A stretch of DNA of 64,000 bases from Burkholderiaceae bacterium (GCA_017992055.1 JAGOPK010000004.1:112165-176164); one strand, 5' to 3'; shown: positions 48,790-58,870, numbered from the stretch's first letter. A program made the numbers and translations. The notes: generated by a model not told the origin, from the letters alone.

Positions 48790-50286
48790 ATGACCCACCA
48801 ACCGATCAAGATCGCGATTCTCGCCATGGGCGGCGAGGGCGGTGGCGTGCTGGCCGACTGGATCGTCGACCTCGGCGAGGCCAACGGCCACATCGCGCAG
48901 ACCACCTCGGTGCCCGGCGTTGCGCAGCGCACCGGCGCCACCATCTACTACGTCGAGCTCTATCCCGAGCGGCAGGCCGAGGCCGACGGCGGCCAGCCGG
49001 TGCTGGCACTGATGCCGCTGCCCGGCGACGTGGACGTGGTGCTGTGCTCCGAGCTGATGGAAGCCGGCCGTGCAGTGCAGCGCGGCCTGGTCAGCGCCGA
49101 CCGAACCACCCTCATCGCCTCCACGCACCGCGTCTACTCCATCGGCGAGAAGAGCGAGATGGGCGACGGCCGCGTCGACAGCCGCCAGCTGCTGGCCCAT
49201 GCCGACCAGGCCGCGCGCCGCTTCGTGCACTTCGACATGGCCGAGGCCGCGGCGCGCAACGGCAGCGTCATCAGCGCGGTGCTCTTCGGCGCGCTGGCCG
49301 GCACCGGCGTGCTGCCCTTCACGCGAGAGCAGTTCGAGGCCACCATCGAGCGCGGCGGCGTCGGCGTCAAGCCGAGCCTGAAGGCGTTCGGCGCCGCGTT
49401 CACCCGCGCGCAGGGCGGCGACGCAGAGCCGGCCGCCGCGGCGCCGGCCGTGCCGCCGCCCCGCGCCGCGCACCCCGGGGTGCAGGCACTGGTGGAGCGC
49501 GTGGTCAACCACTTTCCCGCCGAGGCGCGCACGCTGCTGCTCGAAGGGGTGCGCCGCCTCGTCGACTACCAGGACATCGACTACGCCAATCTCTACCTCG
49601 ACCGCATGCAGGCCGCGTGCGCGCTGCCCGACCTGCCGGGCCGCACGCTGGCCTGCGAGCTTGCGCGCCACCTGGCGCTGTGGATGTCGTATGAAGACAC
49701 CGCCCGCGTGGCGCAGCTCAAGACGCGCGCCAGCCGCTTCGAGCGTGTGCGCGGCGAGGCGGGCGTGCAGGCGGACCAGCTGATCGCCATCAACGAATAC
49801 CTGCACCCGGGCCTGCGGGAGATCTGCGAGACGCTGCCGGGGCCGCTGGGCCGCTGGCTGCAGCGCTCGGCGCCTGCGCGGCGCCTGGTCGAGCGCTTCA
49901 CGCGTCAGGGCCGGGTGGTGCAGACCAGCTCGCTGCGCGGCTTTCTGATGCTGAGCGCGGTGGCGGCGGCGCGCCACTGGCGCCGCAGCACCACGCGCTA
50001 TGCCGAGGTGGACGGGCGCATCGCCACCTGGCTGGCGCACATCGCCGAGACCGCGGCCACGTCGCCCGCGCTGGCGGTCGAGATCGCGCAGTGCCAGCGC
50101 CTGGTGAAGGGCTACAGCGAGACCTACGACCGCGGCCTGCGCAACTACGACACCGTGATGGCCGCGGTGCGGCGTGCCGGCGCTGCGCTCCCGCCCGCGA
50201 CGCTGAAGGCCTGGCGCGATGCGGCGCTGTCCGACGAGCATGGCAAGGTGCTGCAGGCGTCGCTGCAGCAGCACGCGGTGGCCTGA
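48790..50286 (+). CDS. iorB: Indolepyruvate oxidoreductase-like beta subunit (extended)
   Basis: AMGGEGGGVL, SVPGVAQRTGAT, LWMSYED, RLVKGYSET. Confidence 0.88.
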   Translation: MTHQPIKIAILAMGGEGGGVLADWIVDLGEANGHIAQTTSVPGVAQRTGATIYYVELYPERQAEADGGQPVLALMPLPGDVDVVLCSELMEAGRAVQRGLVSADRTTLIASTHRVYSIGEKSEMGDGRVDSRQLLAHADQAARRFVHFDMAEAAARNGSVISAVLFGALAGTGVLPFTREQFEATIERGGVGVKPSLKAFGAAFTRAQGGDAEPAAAAPAVPPPRAAHPGVQALVERVVNHFPAEARTLLLEGVRRLVDYQDIDYANLYLDRMQAACALPDLPGRTLACELARHLALWMSYEDTARVAQLKTRASRFERVRGEAGVQADQLIAINEYLHPGLREICETLPGPLGRWLQRSAPARRLVERFTRQGRVVQTSSLRGFLMLSAVAAARHWRRSTTRYAEVDGRIATWLAHIAETAATSPALAVEIAQCQRLVKGYSETYDRGLRNYDTVMAAVRRAGAALPPATLKAWRDAALSDEHGKVLQASLQQHAVA

Positions 50287-50287
50287 C

Positions 50288-51304
50288 ATGAGCAATGCTT
50301 CGATGAACCCTGTCGCCTCCGCTCCGCTGTTCCTGCGCGTCGTCGAGGCGCGCATGCTGAACCCGCTGATCCGCATGCTGCGCCTGGCGCAGCCGGACGG
50401 CGCCGCGCTGCCCGCCTGGTCGCCGGGCTCGCACATCAAGCTCAGGGTGACGCTGCCCGACGGTTCCACCGACTGGCGCCAGTACTCGCTGATCGACTTC
50501 GACGGCAAGGCTGGCACGCCCGGTTTCGTGCCCACGCACTACACCATCGCCGTGCGCCGCGAGCAGGCTGGCCGGGGTGGCTCGCGCTTCATGCACGAGC
50601 ACCTGGAGGCCGGGGCGGCGATCGAGGTGGAGCCGCCGCGCAACGACTTCGAGCTGCAGCCGGCAGGCGGCGCCACGGTGCTGCTCGCCGGCGGCATCGG
50701 CATCACGCCGCTGGCGAGCATGGCCGCGCACTGCCAGGCTGCCGGCCGTCCGCTGCAACTGCACTACGCCGGCCGCAGCCGCGCGCTGATGGCCTTCCTG
50801 CCCGAGCTCGAAAGCCTGCTGGGCGCGCGCCTGCACGTGCATGCCGACGAAGACGCCGGCGGCCAGGTGTTCGACGTCGGCGCGCTGCTCGATGGCCTGG
50901 GGCCCGACGACCATCTCTACGTCTGCGGCCCCAAGCCGCTGCTGGACGGCGTGCTGGCCGCCACCCAGGCGCGGCACTGGGCCACTGGCCGCGTGCATTT
51001 CGAGCTCTTCACCGCGCCGGTGGCGGCGGCCGGCGACCAGCCGTTCGAGGTGGAGCTCGCGCAGTCGGGCCAGACCTACACCGTGCCGGCCAACCAGACC
51101 CTGCTCGACTGCCTGATCGAGCATGGTTGCGATCCGATGTTCGACTGCAAGCGCGGCGAATGCGGCGTCTGCGCCACGCCGGTGATCGCGGGCGAGATCG
51201 ACCACCGCGACTACGTGCTGACCTCGTCCGAGAAGGACGGCGGCAAGGTGATCCAGATCTGCGTGTCGCGCGCCAAGGGCCGACGGCTGGTCATCGACCT
51301 GTAG
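50288..51304 (+). CDS. iadC: PDR/VanB-type FMN/[2Fe-2S] reductase
   Basis: RQYSL, GRGGS, LAGGIGITP, CGP, CKRGECGVC...C; symbol from synteny with iad locus. Confidence 0.85.
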   Translation: MSNASMNPVASAPLFLRVVEARMLNPLIRMLRLAQPDGAALPAWSPGSHIKLRVTLPDGSTDWRQYSLIDFDGKAGTPGFVPTHYTIAVRREQAGRGGSRFMHEHLEAGAAIEVEPPRNDFELQPAGGATVLLAGGIGITPLASMAAHCQAAGRPLQLHYAGRSRALMAFLPELESLLGARLHVHADEDAGGQVFDVGALLDGLGPDDHLYVCGPKPLLDGVLAATQARHWATGRVHFELFTAPVAAAGDQPFEVELAQSGQTYTVPANQTLLDCLIEHGCDPMFDCKRGECGVCATPVIAGEIDHRDYVLTSSEKDGGKVIQICVSRAKGRRLVIDL

Positions 51305-51343
51305 AGGCCACGGCGGCCGAATACCCGAGCAGAGGAGCAACAC

Positions 51344-52669
51344 ATGATCTCGTATCGCGCAAACCCCGACGCCGTGCGAGCCCTGGTCCGCGCGGACCGG
51401 GTGCACCGGGACCTGTACATCAGCCAGGAACTGTTCGAGCTGGAGCAGGAGCACTTCTTCGCCAACACCTGGAACTATCTGGGCCACGACAGCCAGATCC
51501 CCAAGCCGGGCGACTACATCACCAACGAGCTCGCCGGCCAGCCGGTGATCGTGGTGCGCCACAGCGACGGCTCGGTCAAGGTGTTGAAGAACCGCTGCGC
51601 GCACAAGGGCTCGCGGCTGGTCAGCGAGCCCTGCGGATCGACCGGCAAGTTCTTCCGCTGCCCCTACCACGCATGGACCTTCAAGACCGATGGCGCGCTG
51701 CTGTCGATCCCGCTGAAGAACGGCTACGAGGGCACGGCGCTGCACGAGTGCGAAGCCGCCAAGGGCCTGGTGGCCGTGCGCCACGTGCGCCTCTACCGCG
51801 GCTTCATCTTCGCCAAGCTCAACGACGTCGGCCAGGACTTCGAGGAGTACTTCGGCGACTCGCTGTCGTCCATCGACAACATGGCCGACCGCTCGCCCGA
51901 AGGCCAGCTCGAGATCGCCGGTGGCTGCCTGCGCTTCACGCACCAGTGCAACTGGAAGATGTTCGTCGAGAACCTGAACGACACCATGCACCCGATGGTG
52001 GCGCACGAGTCCTCGGCCGGCACGGCCAAGACCATGTGGGCCGACAAGCCGGCCGATGCGCCCAAGCCCATGGCCATCGAGCAGTTCGTGCCCTTCATGT
52101 CGGACTACAAGTTCTTCGAAGGCATGGGCGTGCGCGCCTACGAGAACGGCCACAGCTTCTCGGGCGTCAACTTCAGCATCCACAGCAAGTACTCCGGCAT
52201 TCCCGAGTACGAGCAGGCGATGAAGGCCGCCTACGGCGAGGAGCGCGCCGCTCAGATTCTCGGCATGGCGCGCCACAACACCGTCTACTACCCCAACCTC
52301 ACCATCAAGGGTGCGATCCAGGCCATCCGCGTGGCCAAGCCGGTGTCGGCCGACCGCACCATCGTCGAGAGCTGGACCTTCCGCCTCAAGGGCGCGCCCG
52401 AGGAACTGCTGCACCGCACCACGATGTACACGCGGCTGATCAACTCGCCCTTCTCGGTGGTGGGCCATGACGACCTGCATGCCTACCGCGGCATCCAGGC
52501 GGGGCTGCACGCCAGGGGCAATCACTGGATCAGCCTGCACCGCAACTTCGACCCCGCCGAAGGGCAGGCGCGCGAGCAGACCGTCATCGGCACCAGCGAG
52601 CTGCCGATGCGCAACCAGTACCGCGCCTGGCTCAAGCACATGATGATGACGATGGAGGCGCGTGCATGA
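51344..52669 (+). CDS. iadD: Rieske aromatic oxygenase alpha subunit
   Basis: NRCAHKG...CPYHAW, ENLNDTMHPMVAH, HDD; symbol from synteny. Confidence 0.85.
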   Translation: MISYRANPDAVRALVRADRVHRDLYISQELFELEQEHFFANTWNYLGHDSQIPKPGDYITNELAGQPVIVVRHSDGSVKVLKNRCAHKGSRLVSEPCGSTGKFFRCPYHAWTFKTDGALLSIPLKNGYEGTALHECEAAKGLVAVRHVRLYRGFIFAKLNDVGQDFEEYFGDSLSSIDNMADRSPEGQLEIAGGCLRFTHQCNWKMFVENLNDTMHPMVAHESSAGTAKTMWADKPADAPKPMAIEQFVPFMSDYKFFEGMGVRAYENGHSFSGVNFSIHSKYSGIPEYEQAMKAAYGEERAAQILGMARHNTVYYPNLTIKGAIQAIRVAKPVSADRTIVESWTFRLKGAPEELLHRTTMYTRLINSPFSVVGHDDLHAYRGIQAGLHARGNHWISLHRNFDPAEGQAREQTVIGTSELPMRNQYRAWLKHMMMTMEARA

Positions 52670-53154
52670 CCCCGCAAACCGTTGGCTCCGGCGACCTGAT
52701 CGCCTTTGTCGTGCACGAGGCGCGCCTGCTCGACGAGAAGCGCTTCGAGGAGTGGAACGCCCTGTTCACCGACGAGGCCTACTACTGGGTGCCGCTGACG
52801 CCCGGCCAGCCCGACGGCCTGAGCCACACCTCGCACATGTACGAGGACAAGCTGCTGCGCGAGCTGCGCATCCAGCGGCTGAAGAGCCCGCGCGCCTTCT
52901 CGCAGCTGCCACCCAGCCGCTGCCAGCACCTGCTGCAGGTGCCGGTGGTCGACCAGGCCGATGCCGCGGCCAACCGCTTCGTGCTGCGCACGCCGTTCCA
53001 CTACAGCGAGTCGCAGGGCGACGAGATCCAGTTCCTGGTCGGCACCGCCTGGCACCACCTGAGCGTGGTCGACGGCGCGCTGCGCATGACGCTCAAGCGC
53101 GTCGACCTGATCAACAGCGATGCGGCGCTGCTGGCGGTGCAACTCTTCATCTGA
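52666..53154 (+). CDS. iadE: Ring-hydroxylating oxygenase beta subunit
   Basis: EARLLDEKRFEEW, YWVP, RAFSQ.PPSR, KRVDLIN; symbol from synteny. Confidence 0.85.
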   Translation: MTPQTVGSGDLIAFVVHEARLLDEKRFEEWNALFTDEAYYWVPLTPGQPDGLSHTSHMYEDKLLRELRIQRLKSPRAFSQLPPSRCQHLLQVPVVDQADAAANRFVLRTPFHYSESQGDEIQFLVGTAWHHLSVVDGALRMTLKRVDLINSDAALLAVQLFI

Positions 53155-53156
53155 CC

Positions 53157-54797
53157 ATGGCGTCCACCTCTGCACACAGCACGGTCCACGGCGCCTTCGT
53201 GGCCTCGGCCGGCCGCACGCCGGCGGGCGACTTCCTGTTCCTGGAGCCGGTGACGGCCGAGGTCTATGGCCTGCCGCCGGGTGCGATCCGCTGGGACGAG
53301 GCCGCGCGCCAGGTCGAGGCGCTGCGCGCGGCCTATGCCTCGGCCGGCTGGGGCCATGGCCACCGCGTCGGCCTGCTGCTGGAGAACCGGCCCATCTTCC
53401 TGTACCACTGGTTCGCGCTCAATGCGCTGGGCGTGAGCGTGGTGCCGATCAATGCCGAGATGCGCTCGGCCGAGCTCAGCTACCTGATCGGCCACAGCGA
53501 GATCGGCCTGGTGGTGACGCTGGCACACCGGGCCGACGACCTGCAAGCCGCCGCGGCGCAGGCCGGGCGCCCACTGCACACGATCGTGGCCGAAGCCACG
53601 CACATGCCTGCGCCGCACGCGCCCGCGCCGCTGGCGGGCCAGCCGGTGGGCCTGGCCAGTGAATGTGCGCTGCTCTACACCTCGGGCACCACCGGCCGAC
53701 CCAAGGGCTGCATGCTAGCCAACGCCTACTTCCTGCGCGCTGGCGAGTGGTACGCCTCGCTGGACGGCGTGTGCAGCTACCGCCGCGATGCGGAGCGCGT
53801 GATGACGCCGCTGCCGCTGAACCACGTCAACGCGATGGCGTTCTCGACCATGGTGGTGCTGGTCGGCGGCGGCTGCCTGGTGCAGCTCGACCGCTTCCAT
53901 CCGAAGTCGTGGCTGCAGAGTGCACGCGACAGCCGCGCCACCATCGTGCACTACCTCGGTGTGATGCCCGCCATGCTGCTCTCGGCGCCCGAACAGCCGG
54001 CGGATCGCGATCATGCGATCCGCTGGGCCTTTGGCGCCGGCGTCGATCGCAAGAACCACGCCCCGTTCGAGGCGCGCTACGGCTTTCCACTGGTCGAGGC
54101 CTGGGCCATGACCGAGACCGGCGCGGCCGCCTGCATCATGGCCAACCATGAGCCGCGCCATGTGGGCAGCAATTGCTTCGGGCGCTGCGAATCCTTCGTC
54201 GAGATCCGGCTGGTTGGCGACGACGGTGCCGAGGTGCCCGACGGCACCCCGGGCGAGTTGCTGGTGCGTTCGAGTGGCACCGATCCCAGGCGCCACTTCT
54301 TCCGAGGCTACCTGAAGGACGAGGCCGCCACCGCCGAGGCCTGGGCCGGCGGCTGGTTCCACACCGGCGACGTCGTGCGGCGGGATGCCGACGGCAGCCT
54401 GTTCTTCGTCGACCGCAAGAAGAACGTGATCCGCCGCAGCGGCGAGAACATCTCGGCCGTCGAGGTGGAGAGCGTGCTCAACCAGCATGCGGCGGTGAAG
54501 GCCTCCGCCGTGGCGGCCACGCCCGACACGGTTCGCGGCGACGAGGTGCTGGCCTGCATCGTGCTCGATACCGAGGCCGGTGTGCAGCCGGGTGAGGCGC
54601 TGGCGGCCGACATCGTGCGCCATGCGCTGGCCCAGCTGGCCTACTACAAGGCGCCCGGCTACGTGGCCTTCGTGCCGGCGCTGCCGCTGACACCGTCGCA
54701 GAAGATCCAGCGCGGTGAACTGCGCCAGCTCGCTCAGGCGCTGCCCGGCCAGCCGGGCTGCTTCGACCTGCGTGCGCTGAAGAAGAGGCAGGACTGA
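53157..54797 (+). CDS. iadF: Acyl-CoA ligase (AMP-binding)
   Basis: YTSGTTGRPKG, WAMTETG, WFHTGD, RRSGENIS; symbol from synteny only. Confidence 0.8.
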   Translation: MASTSAHSTVHGAFVASAGRTPAGDFLFLEPVTAEVYGLPPGAIRWDEAARQVEALRAAYASAGWGHGHRVGLLLENRPIFLYHWFALNALGVSVVPINAEMRSAELSYLIGHSEIGLVVTLAHRADDLQAAAAQAGRPLHTIVAEATHMPAPHAPAPLAGQPVGLASECALLYTSGTTGRPKGCMLANAYFLRAGEWYASLDGVCSYRRDAERVMTPLPLNHVNAMAFSTMVVLVGGGCLVQLDRFHPKSWLQSARDSRATIVHYLGVMPAMLLSAPEQPADRDHAIRWAFGAGVDRKNHAPFEARYGFPLVEAWAMTETGAAACIMANHEPRHVGSNCFGRCESFVEIRLVGDDGAEVPDGTPGELLVRSSGTDPRRHFFRGYLKDEAATAEAWAGGWFHTGDVVRRDADGSLFFVDRKKNVIRRSGENISAVEVESVLNQHAAVKASAVAATPDTVRGDEVLACIVLDTEAGVQPGEALAADIVRHALAQLAYYKAPGYVAFVPALPLTPSQKIQRGELRQLAQALPGQPGCFDLRALKKRQD

Positions 54798-55963
54798 TGG
54801 CACGACGCAGCTATGAAGACGTGGCCGTGGCCGTGCCGGTCACGGTGCCCTACCAGCGCTTCTCCACCGACGGCGCGCACTGGTTCCTCGGCCAGGCGCT
54901 GCGGGCGCTGGTCGATGCCGGCGGCGTCGCCAAGGAGCAGATCGACGGCCTGTGCCTGTCGAGCTTCTCGCTGGTGCCCGACACGGCCGTGGGCGTGACC
55001 CAGCACCTTGGCCTGTCGCCGCGCTGGCTGGACCATGTGCCCACCGGCGGCGCCTCGGGCGTGATGTGTCTGCGCCGTGCGGCGCGGGCGGTGCAGGCCG
55101 GCGATGCCGACATCGTGGCCTGCGTGGCCGCCGACACCAACCATGTGGACTCGTTCCGCCAGACGCTGGGCGCGTTCAGCCACTTCTCGCGCGACGCCAC
55201 CTATCCCTACGGCTCGGGCGGGCCGAACTCGATCTTCGCGATGATCACGGCGCACTACATGCGCCGCTTCGGCGCGCGCCGCGAGGACTTCGGCCGCATC
55301 GCCGTCGCGCAGCGGGCCAATGCCCTGCTCAATCCGAATGCGATGTTCAAGAAGGCGCTCACGCTGGACGAGTACATGTCGGCGCGACCCATCTCCGAGC
55401 CGCTGCATCTGTTCGACTGCGTGATGCCCTGCGCCGGCGCCGAGGCCTTCTTGGTGATGAGCGTGGCGCGGGCGCGCGAGCTGGGGCTGGAGCATGTGCT
55501 GATCCGCGGCGCCATCGAGCGGCACAACGCCTTTGCCTCCGACCCGATCATGGTGCGCGGCGGCTGGCGCCAGGACCGCGACGAGCTGTATGCCCAGGCC
55601 GGCATCCGTCCCGCCGACATCGACTTCATCCAGACCTACGACGACTATCCCGTCATCGTGATGATGCACTTCGAGGACCTGGGCTTCTGCGAGAAGGGCG
55701 AAGGCCCGGCCTTTGTGCAGGCGCACACGCTCACGCACGACGGCAGCTTTCCCAACAACACCAGCGGCGGCCAGCTCTCGGCCGGCCAGGCCGGTGCGGC
55801 CGGTGGCTTTCTCGGCATGACCGAAGCGATACGCCAGCTCACCGGCCAGGCCGGTGAGCGCGCCGTGCCCGATGCGCAGCTCGGCCTGGTGGCCGGCTTC
55901 GGCATGGTGACCTACGACCGCTGCCTGTGCACCGGCGCGGTGATCCTGGGGAGATCCTCATGA
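54797..55963 (+). CDS. iadG: Thiolase-fold protein lacking thiolase catalytic residues
   Basis: TGGASG in place of CASG, YDDY, NTSGGQLSAGQ; symbol from synteny only. Confidence 0.78.
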   Translation: MARRSYEDVAVAVPVTVPYQRFSTDGAHWFLGQALRALVDAGGVAKEQIDGLCLSSFSLVPDTAVGVTQHLGLSPRWLDHVPTGGASGVMCLRRAARAVQAGDADIVACVAADTNHVDSFRQTLGAFSHFSRDATYPYGSGGPNSIFAMITAHYMRRFGARREDFGRIAVAQRANALLNPNAMFKKALTLDEYMSARPISEPLHLFDCVMPCAGAEAFLVMSVARARELGLEHVLIRGAIERHNAFASDPIMVRGGWRQDRDELYAQAGIRPADIDFIQTYDDYPVIVMMHFEDLGFCEKGEGPAFVQAHTLTHDGSFPNNTSGGQLSAGQAGAAGGFLGMTEAIRQLTGQAGERAVPDAQLGLVAGFGMVTYDRCLCTGAVILGRSS

Positions 55964-57213
55964 CGATGCCCTTGATGCGCCCCAGGCGCAAGAACCCGGT
56001 GCTGCGCACACGGCAGTTGAACCTGCCGCCGTGGGCGCGTGGCCGCGTGGCACTCGGCATCACCGCGGCGGCGGCCGAAGGCCGCTTCGAGCTGCAGGTG
56101 TGCGAGGAATGCGGCACGGTGCAGTACCCGCCGCGCGAGGCCTGCCACAAGTGCCTGTCGGTGGCACTGCGCTGGCGCGAGCAGAGCGGCGAGGGCGAGT
56201 TGCTGAGCGCGACCACGCTGCACCACAGCAACGACCTGTTCTTCCGCGAGCGGCTGCCGTGGCGGCTGGGCATGGTCGAGCTCGACGCCGGTCCGACGCT
56301 GATGGTGCATCTGCACGGCGAGGTGGCCGATGCGCCGCAGCGCGTGCGCGTGGGGGCCCGGCTCGACCGGGCCGGACAGGCGGTACTGATCGGCTTTCCA
56401 GACGAAGGGACGGCACACATGGCCGACGACAAGATGCTTCGCGAGATGACCAGCGACCCGAAGTTCCGCAAGGCGCTGGTGACCGACGGCAAGTCGCCGG
56501 TGGGCCAGGCCATCGTGCGCGCCCTGGTCAAGGCGGGCGCCGACATCGTGTGGGTGGGCCATGCCGAGCCCTGGAAGAAGCTGCCCGGCCTGGACGATAT
56601 CGGCCAGCTGCCGCAGGTGACGCTGGTGCCGCTGGACGTGACCAACGGCCGCTCGGTCACCGAGCTGGCCGGCGAGCTGGGCGGCAAGGTCGACATCGTC
56701 ATCAACAACGCCGAGCTGCACCGCAGCTTCGGCATCGGCGCGCGCCGCGGCACCGACGTGGCCAAGGCCGAGATGGACATCAACTACTTCGGCCTGCTGC
56801 GACTGGCCCAGGAGTTCGGCCCGGCGCTCAAGGGACGCTCGGCCGACGGTGTCTCGCATGCCACGGCCTGGGTCAACCTGCTGTCGATCTACGCGCTCTC
56901 CAACTTTCCCCCGCACGGCACCTTCAGCGCCAGCAAGGCGGCCGCCTACTCGCTGGCGCAGTGCCTGCGTGCGGAGATGCGCCCGGCCGGCATCCGCGTG
57001 ATCAATGTCTTCCCGGGCCCGATCGACGACGACTGGAACCAGCACATGCCGCCGCCCAAGCTGACGCCGGAAGCGCTGGCCTCGGCCATCGTCAAGGCGC
57101 TGCGCGACGGCGTCGAAGACGTCTACCCCGGCGACGTGGCCCAGGAGTGGCTGCAGCGCTGGCGCGACAACCCCAAGGTCCTCGAGCGCGAGATCGCGAC
57201 CAACGGCGGCTGA
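55960..57213 (+). CDS. iadH: DUF35 (zinc ribbon + OB fold) fused to a degenerate SDR domain
   Basis: CEECG..YPPR..CHKC; SDR part has TDGKSPVG and FSASK; symbol from synteny only. Confidence 0.78.
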   Translation: MTMPLMRPRRKNPVLRTRQLNLPPWARGRVALGITAAAAEGRFELQVCEECGTVQYPPREACHKCLSVALRWREQSGEGELLSATTLHHSNDLFFRERLPWRLGMVELDAGPTLMVHLHGEVADAPQRVRVGARLDRAGQAVLIGFPDEGTAHMADDKMLREMTSDPKFRKALVTDGKSPVGQAIVRALVKAGADIVWVGHAEPWKKLPGLDDIGQLPQVTLVPLDVTNGRSVTELAGELGGKVDIVINNAELHRSFGIGARRGTDVAKAEMDINYFGLLRLAQEFGPALKGRSADGVSHATAWVNLLSIYALSNFPPHGTFSASKAAAYSLAQCLRAEMRPAGIRVINVFPGPIDDDWNQHMPPPKLTPEALASAIVKALRDGVEDVYPGDVAQEWLQRWRDNPKVLEREIATNGG

Positions 57214-57235
57214 GCGCCGGCAGGAGCACAAGCAC

Positions 57236-58042
57236 ATGAGCAGCACCACCAAGAGCAAGGCCGGCGCGCTGGCGGCCCTCGTCAGCGCGCTGGGCCAGGG
57301 ATCGATCAGGGTCATCGACCTCACGCAGACGCTGACGCCCGACTTCCCGCAGATCGCGCTGCCGCCGGAGATGGGCCAGTGCTGGCCTTTCCGCATCGAG
57401 GAGGTCTCGCACTACGACGAGCGCGGCCCTGGCTGGTACTGGAACAACTTCTCCTGCGGCGAGCACACCGGCACCCATTTCGACGCGCCCATCCACTGGA
57501 TCTCGGGCCGCGACCTGCCCAACAACTCGGTCGACACCATCCCGGTGCAGCACTTCGTCGCGCCGGCCTGCGTGATCGACTGCTCCCCGCAGGTCAAGGA
57601 CGATCCCGACTACCTGCTGACCATCGCCGACATCGAAGGCTGGGAGGCGGAACACGGCCGCATCCCCAAGGGCGCATGGGTGCTGATGCGCACCGACTGG
57701 TCCAAGCGCCACGATCCCGAGGCCTATCAGAACTTCGACGAGACCGGCCAGCACACGCCCGGCCCCAGCGCCGAGGCCGTGCGCTTCCTGGTGGAGCAGC
57801 GCGACGTGCTGGGTTTCGGTTCCGAGGCCATCGGCACCGACGCCGGCCAGGGCTACCACCTGCGCCCGCCGTATCCCTGCCACTACTACATGCACGGCGC
57901 GGGCCGCTACGGCCTGCAGTGCCTGAGCAACCTCGATCTGCTGCCGCCCGCGGGCGCGGTGCTGATCTGCCCGCCGCTGAAGATCGAGAAGGGCAGCGGC
58001 AGCCCGCTGCGCGTGCTGGCCCTGGTGGAGACCCCGGCATGA
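57236..58042 (+). CDS. iadI: Cyclase-family amidohydrolase, isatin hydrolase-like
   Basis: WYWNNFSCGEHTGTHFDAPIHW (HxGTHxDxPxH); symbol from synteny only. Confidence 0.82.
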   Translation: MSSTTKSKAGALAALVSALGQGSIRVIDLTQTLTPDFPQIALPPEMGQCWPFRIEEVSHYDERGPGWYWNNFSCGEHTGTHFDAPIHWISGRDLPNNSVDTIPVQHFVAPACVIDCSPQVKDDPDYLLTIADIEGWEAEHGRIPKGAWVLMRTDWSKRHDPEAYQNFDETGQHTPGPSAEAVRFLVEQRDVLGFGSEAIGTDAGQGYHLRPPYPCHYYMHGAGRYGLQCLSNLDLLPPAGAVLICPPLKIEKGSGSPLRVLALVETPA

Positions 58043-58776
58043 GCGGCGCGGCCACGCGCGGCACGGCCGTCGTCACCGGCGGCAGCGCCGGCATCGGCAA
58101 GGTCATCTGCCAGGACCTGCTCGATGGCGGCTGGGAGGTGGTGTCGCTGGCCCGCCGTCGCACCGACATCGACCACCCGCGCCTGCACAGCATCGAGGTC
58201 GACCTGGCCGACCGGTCCGCGACGGCGCAGGCCGTGGCCGACATCGCCCGGCGTTTCCAGGTCACCACCGTCGTGCACAACGCGGGCGTGATCCGCCCGG
58301 CGCTGCTGGCCGAGGTGAAGCTCGACGACCTCGATGCCCTGCTGGACCTGCACCTGGGCTGCGCCATCCAGCTGGTGCAGGCCTCGCTGCCGGCGATGAA
58401 GGCGGCCGGCTTTGGCCGGGTGGTGTTGCTGTCGTCGCGGGCGGCGCTGGGCCTGGCCACGCGCACCAGCTACTCGGCCACCAAGGCCGGCATGCTGGGC
58501 ATGGCGCGCACCTGGGCGCTGGAGCTCGGCGCGCTGGGCATCACGGTCAATGTCGTGGCCCCCGGCCCGATCCGCACCGACATGTTCTACGACGTGGTCG
58601 AGGCGGGCAGCGAGAAGGAGCGGGCGCTGGCGGCCAGCATCCCGGTGCGCCGTCTCGGCGAGTCGGCCGACGTGGCACGGGCCGTGCGTTTCTTCGTGGA
58701 GCCGGCCAACAGCTTCGTCACCGGACAGGTGCTTTACGTGTGTGGTGGCACCAGCGTGGGGAGCCTCGCACTCTGA
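58039..58776 (+). CDS. iadJ: Short-chain dehydrogenase/reductase
   Basis: VTGGSAGIG, HNAG, YSATK, NVVAPGPIRT; symbol from synteny only. Confidence 0.8.
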   Translation: MSGAATRGTAVVTGGSAGIGKVICQDLLDGGWEVVSLARRRTDIDHPRLHSIEVDLADRSATAQAVADIARRFQVTTVVHNAGVIRPALLAEVKLDDLDALLDLHLGCAIQLVQASLPAMKAAGFGRVVLLSSRAALGLATRTSYSATKAGMLGMARTWALELGALGITVNVVAPGPIRTDMFYDVVEAGSEKERALAASIPVRRLGESADVARAVRFFVEPANSFVTGQVLYVCGGTSVGSLAL

Positions 58777-58822
58777 GCGGGCCTGCGCGTTTCCACTGAT
58801 CGAACTCCTGTGTTTGCACCTC

Positions 58823-58870
58823 TTGCTGCCGTGATCCTGTGCCGCTAATATTGTTTAGACCTAAATATTT
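58823..58870 (+). promoter_or_regulatory. Promoter TTGCTG-N17-TAATAT overlapped by operator AATATTGTTTAGACCTAAATATTT (58847-58870)
   Basis: TTTAG-AC-CTAAA dyad; second copy of the 46523 motif. Confidence 0.7.
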
